A DNA stretch of 61,675 nucleotides from Candidatus Moraniibacteriota bacterium (lineage in GTDB: Bacteria > Patescibacteriota > Minisyncoccia > Moranbacterales > GWC2-37-73), in the NCBI GenBank assembly GCA_013336225.1, contig JAAXUC010000006.1, positions 1 to 61,675 on the forward strand. Reading direction: 5' to 3'. Under the pieces are notes generated by a model, which saw nothing but the letters and a program-made list of their open reading frames with translations, searched no databases and was not told where the DNA came from. Positions 29,996 to 36,366 of the stretch are shown one piece after another (position 1 is the stretch's first letter; each line of letters opens with the position of its first letter). The position numbers and the translations under genes were made by a program.

Positions 29996-30859
29996 TTACA
30001 AGTCTAGCGGACTTTTGATGGTTTGTAAATTGGTATTTGCAACTTTTGTATAAATCTGGGTCGTTTCCAATTTGCTGTGTCCTAGCAGTTCCTGGATATA
30101 TCTAATGCTGGTGCCTGCCTCCAGCAGGTGAGTGGCAAAAGAATGCCTGAGAGTGTGGCAGGACACATTTTTTGTTATGCCTGACATTTCTGCGGATTTT
30201 TTGACAATCTTTCCAGCACTTTCAGCAGTCAGGTGACATTTTCCATCAGCGCCAGTGAAAAGATAATCACCAGGCTCTTTCAACGAAAGTTGTTTTGATA
30301 AAATTGGCACCAATTTTTCTGACAATAATGTGCAGCGGTCTTTATCGCCCTTGCCATGCCTCACCGTGATCATTTTTCTGTCCAAATCAAAATCGCGCAT
30401 CCTTATTTCCAATGCCTCGCTTACTCGCAGTCCTGCGGAATACATCAGGGAAATCAAAAAATGATGCTTGGGATTTTTTGTCACAAGAAGCATTTTTTCT
30501 ATTTCCTCTCTGCTGAGTATGGTGGGGAGATAGTTTGATTTTTTTGCTCCCTTGATATCAAAAAAGAATTTTCTCTTAAGGACTTGCCGATAATAAAATT
30601 TCAAAGCATTGAGCGCCACATTCAGGGTTGAATTGGCACAACCTTTATCTCGTATTGATTCCAGATAATTTTTGATATCATTATTGGTGACAGCTGTCGA
30701 ATTTTTGCCAATAAATTCCAAGAAAATCCTATTATAAAGCAAATATGACTCAATGGTTCTATGACTAAACCCTCTTATTTTCATTTCTCTCTCCAGGTTA
30801 TGCACAGAATCTCTATCAAGAGTGGTTGTCTTTGTATTTTTATGATAAAATGTATTCAT
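29996..30859 (-). CDS. Tyrosine recombinase, IntI/XerCD-clade, lacking the integron-integrase-specific insertion
   Basis: The N-terminal SAM-like motif is RGFSHRTIESYLLYNRIFLEF. Catalytic residues: R (AGLRVSE), K (HGKGDKDR), HxxR (HTLRHSFATHLL), H (LLGHS) and Y (QIYT). The C-terminus ends ..KSPLDL, as in IntI1 (..RSPLDAL, recalled from memory). The stop lies 1 nt from the def start codon. Confidence 0.85.
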   Translation of the reverse strand: MNTFYHKNTKTTTLDRDSVHNLEREMKIRGFSHRTIESYLLYNRIFLEFIGKNSTAVTNNDIKNYLESIRDKGCANSTLNVALNALKFYYRQVLKRKFFFDIKGAKKSNYLPTILSREEIEKMLLVTKNPKHHFLISLMYSAGLRVSEALEIRMRDFDLDRKMITVRHGKGDKDRCTLLSEKLVPILSKQLSLKEPGDYLFTGADGKCHLTAESAGKIVKKSAEMSGITKNVSCHTLRHSFATHLLEAGTSIRYIQELLGHSKLETTQIYTKVANTNLQTIKSPLDL

Positions 30860-30972
30860 AAGGCTCCATGCTTACATCAAAATTATATCATAATTCGTTG
30901 ATTAAGCCAAAAAAAACAACAGGTACGCATAAAAGGAGTTGATCTGAAATGTCGCTCCACTGCGTTCGCTCC

Positions 30973-31138
30973 ATTTCAAATCAACGCGCGCGCCTGACGG
31001 ACGCTGTCATCTTCCGTGTTGCTTCTCCCTTCGGTCGTGAGCAAACACATCAGATAACAGCGCCTATCCGAAATTTCCCTCAGAACCCTCTGGGATTCCT
31101 CGTGAAACATCGAATCAGGCGCGCGCGTTCAACGAAAT
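30973..31138. other. GC-rich, highly structured palindromic element (candidate recombination site or ncRNA)
   Basis: The closing stem is ATTTC..AACGCGCGCGCCTGA (30973-30997) paired with TCAGGCGCGCGCGTT..GAAAT (31115-31138). A nested hairpin CGCTGTCATCT..GTGTTGCT..C(TTCG)G..AGCAAACAC..AGATAACAGCG lies inside. The right end CGTTCAACGAAAT is identical to the right core of site S4 (35679-35691). Confidence 0.6.
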
Positions 31139-31277
31139 AAATTTTTTATCTTGGTGAATATTTAAAGTTTTGTGAATTGAATAGGGGCAGAAAATTTGCT
31201 TTTTTATTTATTTAAAGAGGGTGATAAGGAGTTTTTCTGCTCTTTGGGGAGCAGAAAAAATTAGCTCATAAAAACAA

Positions 31278-31320
31278 AAGCCGCCCGATTGGATTTCCCA
31301 ATACAAGGCGGCTTACTTTT
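31278..31320 (-). terminator. Rho-independent terminator for the gene at 31334-31768
   Basis: On the minus strand, AAGCCGCC..(loop)..GGCGGCTT is followed by TTGTTTTT. Confidence 0.7.
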
Positions 31321-31333
31321 TTGCTAATATTCC

Positions 31334-31768
31334 TTAACTGTTTTTTAGATCATTCCATCCGCGTCCCTCTGTTGTTTGGACGTTGAATGGTTTTTTTGCA
31401 ATTTCAGTTGGAACAAGAAAAGAGAAATATTTTCCAGTGTCTTCGAACACTTTGGCATATTCTTTCCTGTCATCACCAATCCAGAAGAGCAATCTGACAT
31501 TTTGGTTCTTATCAAGCATTGCTTGATTTGTCGGCTGACCCTTTATGACCTCTTTGCTGATTATGATAAGCTGATTCTTGCCCATATCAATAACGATGGG
31601 CTCCCGCATGTCTTCTCTGTATATCTTGTTCAACTCTCTAAGCTTGGAGTTTGTCATCTCCATGTGAGCCATTTCCGAATCCATATACATGAAGACGAAT
31701 AGGGCAGGAAAACATCCAACAACCAGCACGACGAGAATTGCTCCAATGATTCCAGATATTTTTTTCAT
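31334..31768 (-). CDS. Membrane-anchored hypothetical protein (cassette 1)
   Basis: The start MKKISGIIGAILVVLVVG is preceded by CAGGAGGATGTT. There is one TM helix and a soluble domain. I see no recognisable family. Confidence 0.6.
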   Translation of the reverse strand: MKKISGIIGAILVVLVVGCFPALFVFMYMDSEMAHMEMTNSKLRELNKIYREDMREPIVIDMGKNQLIIISKEVIKGQPTNQAMLDKNQNVRLLFWIGDDRKEYAKVFEDTGKYFSFLVPTEIAKKPFNVQTTEGRGWNDLKNS

Positions 31769-32032
31769 AACATCCTCCTGAGGTTCTAGTCCTCCGACTA
31801 TGATTTTTTTAAACAACTGAGTCCTTAACTAACCATATATTATACTCCCATTTTGCTAATTTGTCAATGGTTTTGATACCCATCGACATTTGGGGCTAAA
31901 ACAAGCCACAAATAAGGAGTCTTTTTTCAAAGAAATTCACCCCAACCCTCTTTCTTTGAAAAAAGACAAAAATTAAATTTTCTTATACGATAAATCAGTG
32001 TATAATGAATTTAACAACGAGATAAAAAATTG

Positions 32033-32172
32033 ACATCGTTGAACAACTCATATCTGGCTCAAGAAATTGACGCATTAATAGTTCAGAAGAAAATCAATTT
32101 CTTTCGACCCAAATTTTTGTGCAATTATATTGCGCAAAAACTTCAGATACACAGATACGTTGTACAAAATAT
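32033..32172. repeat. attC-like structured site S0 (short variant)
   Basis: ACATCGTTGAACAACTCATATCTGG ... CTTCAGATACACAGATACGTTGTACAAAAT. The inner hairpins are GAAATTGA/TCAATTTC and AAATTTTTGTGCAA/TTGCGCAAAAACTT. The junction CGACCCAAATTT is shared with S2-S5. Confidence 0.7.
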
Positions 32173-32354
32173 TGCCATGTAGTAATTGGGTTGGTGATTT
32201 TTAAAAAGCGAATTGTAATTCAATCGATGGTGCGTTGATAAAGTTAGTAATGGCAATACTGTCGTACAACACGCGATATGAGGCTGCATGGAAAAGAAAA
32301 TCCCAAATATTTTTTCTTTATAAGCACAGCCATTTTTTGGAATTTTTTAAGCAC

Positions 32355-32392
32355 AAAAAACCCACTCCGAAGTTTTGGAGTGGGTAGCGAGT
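32355..32392 (-). terminator. Rho-independent terminator for the 39-aa ORF
   Basis: On the minus strand, CCCACTCC-AAAACTTC-GGAGTGGG is followed by TTTTTTG. Confidence 0.75.
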
Positions 32393-32410
32393 TTGGCGGA
32401 AATGTTTTGA

Positions 32411-32530
32411 TTAACCTCCACCTAACAAAGTTGCGATTGTACCTACTACAGCAACACACATAATTGCTGCTACTGCATAAAACACGATGATGAGAACTAA
32501 TACATTTTCCGGTGATATTTTTATCAACAT
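32411..32530 (-). CDS. 39-aa hydrophobic micro-protein (cassette 2)
   Basis: CAGGAGGTTGAA precedes the ATG. Translation is MLIKISPENVLVLIIVFYAVAAIMCVAVVGTIATLLGGG, followed by a strong terminator. It is below the ORF-track cutoff. Confidence 0.55.
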   Translation of the reverse strand: MLIKISPENVLVLIIVFYAVAAIMCVAVVGTIATLLGGG

Positions 32531-32774
32531 TTCAACCTCCTGATTGAGTGGATTTTGTATATTACTCTAATTTGAGTACTTTTCATATTAGCACATTATG
32601 AATGAAATGTCAAATATTCATGGGGCAAAAATTCCAAAAAATGGCTAAAATAAGGAAAATATTTGGGATTTTCTTTTCCATTTCGCCCAAATTCAGCCCC
32701 TTCTGCTGGTGACTGAACAAACGTTGGCAATTTCCAATAGTTCGTGAGATAATTTAAATATCAGTGATTTAAAC

Positions 32775-32814
32775 GGGACTGAACTTCTCATATCGCGAAA
32801 CGTTCTGCGAAATT
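32775..32814. repeat. attC-like half-site S1 (right arm only)
   Basis: GGGACTGAACTTCTCATATCGCGAAACGTTCTGCGAAATT matches the right arms of S2-S5. The left half is degenerate or absent. Confidence 0.6.
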
Positions 32815-32852
32815 GCAAGACAACCTAACTAATTTAATTCCATTTTTTTCTT

Positions 32853-33158
32853 ATGAAATTTGAAAAACTAGTAAGGGATAATATTCCCGACATTATTAAA
32901 AAAGATGGTAAAGAGCCGATTACTCGTATTGTGGAGGGCAAAGAGTACGAGGAGGCTTTGACGCGAAAATTGCACGAAGAGGTTGGTGAGTTTTTAGAAA
33001 ATCCATGTGTAGAAGAGGCTGCTGATATTTTAGAAGTTTTGCATGCAATTTGCGCTCTGAAGGGTGAGGATTTAAAAACGCTGGAGGATGTTCGCCAGAA
33101 AAAAATGGAAGAACGTGGAGGTTTCAAGCAAGGGATATTTCTAGATAGTGCGGAGTAA
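32853..33158 (+). CDS. MazG-like nucleoside triphosphate pyrophosphohydrolase (small all-alpha type), cassette 3
   Basis: 101 aa. KLVRD.IP.II and EE..E..E......E.AD..EV are the E-x-x-E / E-x-x-D metal motifs of the MazG/HisE-like family. Confidence 0.7.
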   Translation: MKFEKLVRDNIPDIIKKDGKEPITRIVEGKEYEEALTRKLHEEVGEFLENPCVEEAADILEVLHAICALKGEDLKTLEDVRQKKMEERGGFKQGIFLDSAE

Positions 33159-33177
33159 TATTGAGAGGTTGTCTTGC

Positions 33178-33423
33178 AACATCGCAGAACACCAAATATC
33201 TGGCTCCAAAATTTTTCATTTATTAGAAATAGCAAGGAGTGAAAAATTTTCTCGACCCAAATTTCGCACTTTTCCGCTTAGTGATAACATATAGTATAAT
33301 TAGTTTAACAAAATAATCTAAATATCCAGGTTTTTAGCTTTAAAACCAAAGTGCGAAACTTCAGATATTTGGAAACGTTCTGCGAAATTCCATTTTTAAA
33401 AGAAATAATTTTTTGTTTTTTTG
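33178..33423. repeat. attC-like structured site S2
   Basis: The core runs from AACATCGCAGAAC (33178-33190) to GTTCTGCGAAATT (33377-33389). The inner hairpins are AAAATTTTTCA/TGAAAAATTTT and AAATTTCGCACTTT/AAAGTGCGAAACTT. The outer right arm is CCATTTTTAAAAGAAATAATTTTTTGTTTTTTT. Confidence 0.8.
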
Positions 33424-33454
33424 AAAATGAAAAGCCTACTCCGAAGAATAGGCT
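33421..33454 (-). terminator. Rho-independent terminator for the gene at 33477-33734
   Basis: On the minus strand, AGCCTATTCTTCGGAGTAGGCT is followed by TTTCATTTTC. Confidence 0.7.
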
Positions 33455-33476
33455 GTGTGTTTTTCGAAAGTGATTG

Positions 33477-33734
33477 TTAGCAATGTGCCCAGCAATCATT
33501 TTCTGTATCATAGTACCAACCGAGTTTTGCCATCTGGAGCACATCTTCTTCGGGCATTTGCATGACAGTTTTGTCAAAATCGCTTGCCCAAATGATGTCG
33601 TGATCAAATTGTGGCATAACATTTTCCTCGTATTTTGCGAGGATTTGAAGCCCATGCATAACTGTGTTTTTCTCTCCGATCATGCTACTGATGTCCATTT
33701 TTTCAATGATTTCCTTTGCTTTGTCAATGTCCAT
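33477..33734 (-). CDS. 85-aa acidic hypothetical protein (cassette 4)
   Basis: AAGGAGGGACTT precedes the ATG. The gene has its own consensus promoter and terminator. I see no recognisable family. Confidence 0.65.
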   Translation of the reverse strand: MDIDKAKEIIEKMDISSMIGEKNTVMHGLQILAKYEENVMPQFDHDIIWASDFDKTVMQMPEEDVLQMAKLGWYYDTENDCWAHC

Positions 33735-33781
33735 AAGTCCCTCCTTGTGAGCGATATTTGTGCCATTTATAGCAACAGTAC

Positions 33782-33810
33782 AGTATAGCAGAAAATAGAG
33801 CTTATGTCAA
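33782..33810 (-). promoter_or_regulatory. Near-consensus sigma70 promoter for the cassette-4 gene
   Basis: On the minus strand: TTGACA (33810-33805), a 17-nt spacer and TATACT (33787-33782). Confidence 0.7.
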
Positions 33811-33823
33811 GGGGCGCAGGTAA

Positions 33824-34835
33824 TGTCTACATACATATGGCGGTTTTCACAAGATAGCAGTATCTTGGAGGATGAGTATACATATGCCAACAACAATTAG
33901 AGAGGAGAGACTCCGATGGGTTGTTCCCATCTATCAGAAGGAGCTCAAACTAAAAGATGTAGCCAAAATGTGCCCTCACAGTAAGAGGAGCTTGGAGCGC
34001 TGGGTTGCTGCATACAAAAAGTATGGAGCAAGAGCCTTGGAACCAAAATCTACACGTCCCAAGAGCCATCCTAAAGAAACTGAGATCAGAATTAAAGAGA
34101 GAGTTATTGAACTGCGAAAGAAAACTAGAAAATGCGCCATAAAATTAAAATGGCAATTAGACAAAGAAGGTATTAATCTTCATAGAAATACCGTTCACAA
34201 AATTATCAAGAAAGAAAGATTAGTTAGAAAATATAGGATCAGAAAATTGAAATACAAATATGTTAAAGTGCCCCTGAGTCCAGGAGAGTTAGTTGAGATA
34301 GATGTAAAATATGTGCCAGAAAAGCTAGGAAACAAGCAGTATTATCAATTCACAGCCATAGACTGCTCTACGAGATGGAGGTATTTAGAAATATATGAGG
34401 ATTGCACAAATCACAGCTCGATAAAGTTTTTGGAAAAAGTGCTAAGAGTTGCACCATTTAGAATACGAGCTATTAAAACTGACAATGGAAGTAATTTCAC
34501 TAATAGATATACGGGGTATGATAAAAGCAGTGATCCTTTGAATCCAAGACTGCATGATCTAGATCTGATGTGTCAAAGTAGAAATGTCATTCACTATCTC
34601 ATTGATTCAGGCAAGCCCGCTCAGAATGGAAAAGTTGAAAGGAGCCACAGATCAGATCAGGAAATTTTCTATGATAGAAATAGGTTTAAGAATGTGGCTG
34701 ATTTAAAGAAGAAGATTAGGATGTGGAATAAGTATTACAATAACCTGGAACACTGCGGTTTAAATGGTAAAACTCCAAACGAAATGCTAGAATTATTAAC
34801 AATCCAAAAACCGACAAATGTATGTGTTTAAAACA
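33824..34835 (+). mobile_element. IS481-family insertion sequence (approximate ends)
   Basis: A single DDE (rve) transposase ORF is present. The imperfect terminal inverted repeats are TGTCTACATACATATGGCGG (left) and CCGACAAATGTATGTGTTTAAAACA (right). It lies between the cassette-4 promoter and site S3. Confidence 0.65.
33872..34831 (+). CDS. IS481-family DDE transposase (integrase core domain)
   Basis: An N-terminal HTH is present (..AKMCPHSKRSLERWV.AYKKYG..AL). DDE catalytic core: first D in VEIDVKYV; second in IKTDNGSNF; third region PAQNGKVERSHRS. Confidence 0.85.
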   Translation: MSIHMPTTIREERLRWVVPIYQKELKLKDVAKMCPHSKRSLERWVAAYKKYGARALEPKSTRPKSHPKETEIRIKERVIELRKKTRKCAIKLKWQLDKEGINLHRNTVHKIIKKERLVRKYRIRKLKYKYVKVPLSPGELVEIDVKYVPEKLGNKQYYQFTAIDCSTRWRYLEIYEDCTNHSSIKFLEKVLRVAPFRIRAIKTDNGSNFTNRYTGYDKSSDPLNPRLHDLDLMCQSRNVIHYLIDSGKPAQNGKVERSHRSDQEIFYDRNRFKNVADLKKKIRMWNKYYNNLEHCGLNGKTPNEMLELLTIQKPTNVCV

Positions 34836-34837
34836 CG

Positions 34838-35072
34838 CAAAAAACAAAAAATTATTTCTTTTGGGCTCAAAAAATGGAACATCGCAGAACACCGAATATG
34901 AGGTTCACCCCGATTTCACTTTTAAAAAATAAATTAAGGAATATCGGGACTCAACCCAAATTTTTGCCCTTTTTCTCTATTGATATATAATAAGGAAGCG
35001 GACAAAAACTTCTCATATTCGGATACGTTCTGCGAAATTCCATTTTTAAAAGAAATATTTTTTTGTTTTTTT
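34838..35072. repeat. attC-like structured site S3 (canonical copy, about 235 bp with about 65-bp inverted arms)
   Basis: The core runs from AACATCGCAGAAC (34878-34890) to GTTCTGCGAAATT (35027-35039). L-boxes are CGAATATGAG / CTCATATTCG. Hairpin H1 is CCCGAT/ATCGGG. A promoter-like TTGCCC-16-TATAAT sits in the H2 loop. Confidence 0.85.
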
Positions 35073-35078
35073 AGGCAA

Positions 35079-35113
35079 GAAAAAAGCCCAGCAAGCCAAT
35101 AGGCAAGATGGGC
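35079..35113 (-). terminator. Rho-independent terminator for the gene at 35144-35419
   Basis: On the minus strand, GCCCA..(loop)..TGGGC is followed by TTTTTTC. Confidence 0.6.
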
Positions 35114-35143
35114 ACACATTTCGTAATAAAGAGAAAAGTGTTA

Positions 35144-35419
35144 TTAACTAAATTCAGAAATTAAAAGAGCAATTTTGGCTTTCTGTTCCTGATTCAGACC
35201 TAGTTCCTCATTAAAACGCTTGAGTTCGGTTGTTATTGCCCCAAGGTCTTTTTCTGGCAACTCCATGCTTGCAAGAAGACCAAGCATGCATCTGATGATA
35301 ACAAACCTGGCTGTCGAAGTAATTGGATTACCGTCCGCATACTTGTTGCAAGCATTTCGAATTTCAGCCAAAATAAGCTCGTGGGCCGGTTTTTTATCTT
35401 TTCCCTCTGTCTGACTCAT
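35144..35419 (-). CDS. 91-aa hypothetical protein (cassette 5)
   Basis: CAGGAGGTGCTCA precedes the ATG. An upstream minus-strand promoter reads TTGACT (35486-35481), 17 nt, TAATGT (35463-35458). I see no recognisable family. Confidence 0.65.
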   Translation of the reverse strand: MSQTEGKDKKPAHELILAEIRNACNKYADGNPITSTARFVIIRCMLGLLASMELPEKDLGAITTELKRFNEELGLNQEQKAKIALLISEFS

Positions 35420-35490
35420 TGAGCACCTCCTGAGTATTTGTCGCTAATCGACTTTGCACATTACCATGTTAAAAACAGGCAGTCAAGTAG

Positions 35491-35726
35491 AGCAAAAAAC
35501 AAAAAATATTTCTTTTGGGCTCAAAAAATGGAATATCGCAGAACACCGAATATGAGGTTCAAAAAATTTGCACAATTTATATCAACAAGGAAAGCAAATT
35601 TTTCTCAACCCAAATTTTTGCCCTTTTCTTCTATTGATATATAATAAGGAAGCGGACAAAAACTTCTCATACTCGGAAACGTTCAACGAAATTCCATTTT
35701 TAAAAGAAATAATTTTTTGTTATTTT
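35491..35726. repeat. attC-like structured site S4
   Basis: The core runs from AATATCGCAGAAC (35531-35543) to GTTCAACGAAATT (35680-35692). H1 is replaced by the unrelated but still complementary pair AAAAATTTGC/GCAAATTTTT. The promoter-like TTGCCC-16-TATAAT is at 35617-35644. Confidence 0.85.
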
Positions 35727-35797
35727 TGGGAAAAGAAAAAGACTCGCGGAAATACGAGCCTTAATTTAGGAAATGGTTCTTTCCCCCGATTCAAATT

Positions 35798-35965
35798 TTA
35801 AAAATATGGAGTTAATATTGATAGAAGAACTCCGCCAACGACCAAGGAGCCTAAAAAATACCAAGGCTGGGATGGTGTCCATGTTCCCAATATTGCTGTT
35901 AAACCTACAAGGAAAGAACCAGTGAGGAAGCTTATTGTCATCTGAATAAGATATCTTTTCTCCAT
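35798..35965 (-). CDS. 55-aa two-TM micro-protein (cassette 6)
   Basis: AAAGGAGGACGTT precedes the ATG. Translation is MEKRYLIQMTISFLTGSFLVGLTAILGTWTPSQPWYFLGSLVVGGVLLSILTPYF. This is a different frame from the tracked ORF 35766..36029, which lacks an SD. A terminator hairpin GGCTCG..CGAGTC plus a T-run lies downstream. Confidence 0.55.
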   Translation of the reverse strand: MEKRYLIQMTISFLTGSFLVGLTAILGTWTPSQPWYFLGSLVVGGVLLSILTPYF

Positions 35966-36062
35966 AACGTCCTCCTTTTATAGAGTGTAGTGTCCTAGCG
36001 AGATTACTAGACATTAAACAGTAGCACACTTTATGCCGCTGTCAATAGTACAACCAAATTAT

Positions 36063-36268
36063 GAAAAAATAACAAAAAATTATTTCTTTTGGGCTCAAAA
36101 AATGGAACATCGCAGAACACCTAATATGAGGTTCATCCCGATTTCACTTTTTAATGTAAATCAAGGAGTATCGGGACTAAACCCAAATTTTTGCCCTTTT
36201 CTTCTATTGATATATAATAGGGAAGCGGACAAAAACTTCTCATATTCGGATACGTTATATGAAATACT
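36063..36268. repeat. attC-like structured site S5 (last copy; right arm degenerates after the GTT)
   Basis: AACATCGCAGAAC lies at 36106-36118. H1 is CCCGAT/ATCGGG. The promoter-like TTGCCC-16-TATAAT is at 36191-36218. The right side reads GGATACGTT then ATATGAAATA instead of CTGCGAAATT. Confidence 0.8.
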
Positions 36269-36366
36269 TTTCACAATACAAATATAGGGTTGTGGATAAC
36301 TTGCAATATGCAATTTTTATAAATAATGATATAATATCACTATGATAAAAATTAAGCATAAAATCC

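Noticed and set aside
30973-31138. SRP RNA or 6S RNA identity for the GC-rich structured element
   Set aside because: No GGAA/GNRA-capped helix 8 with the conserved AGCA/GGA loops is present. The fold is branched rather than a single bubble-containing rod. Its sequence overlap with dispersed repeats argues against a unique housekeeping RNA. This remains unresolved without a CM search.
30949-31140. Tracked 63-aa ORF (MSLHCVRSISNQRARL...) as a protein-coding gene
   Set aside because: It coincides exactly with the GC-rich palindromic element, has no SD and has an Arg-rich low-complexity translation. The nucleotide-level helices explain the sequence better.
34838-35072. The repeat units as terminal inverted repeats of the IS481 element
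   Set aside because: The IS has its own different imperfect ends (TGTCTACATACAT.. / ..ATGTATGTGTTTAAAACA). The units occur on one side only and recur without any transposase.
34934-36287. Tracked ORFs 34934..35119, 35438..35644, 35568..35801, 36033..36287 and the 35766..36029 frame
   Set aside because: They are translations of the repeat units (shared peptides such as NPNFCPFLLLIYN.EADKNFSYS) and have no SD. For 35766..36029, the overlapping 55-aa frame with a perfect SD is more plausible.
34838-36290. CRISPR array interpretation of the regularly spaced repeats
   Set aside because: The repeats are about 235 bp, internally palindromic and imperfect. The 'spacers' are 330-420 bp and contain genes with SDs and terminators. 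No cas genes are present.
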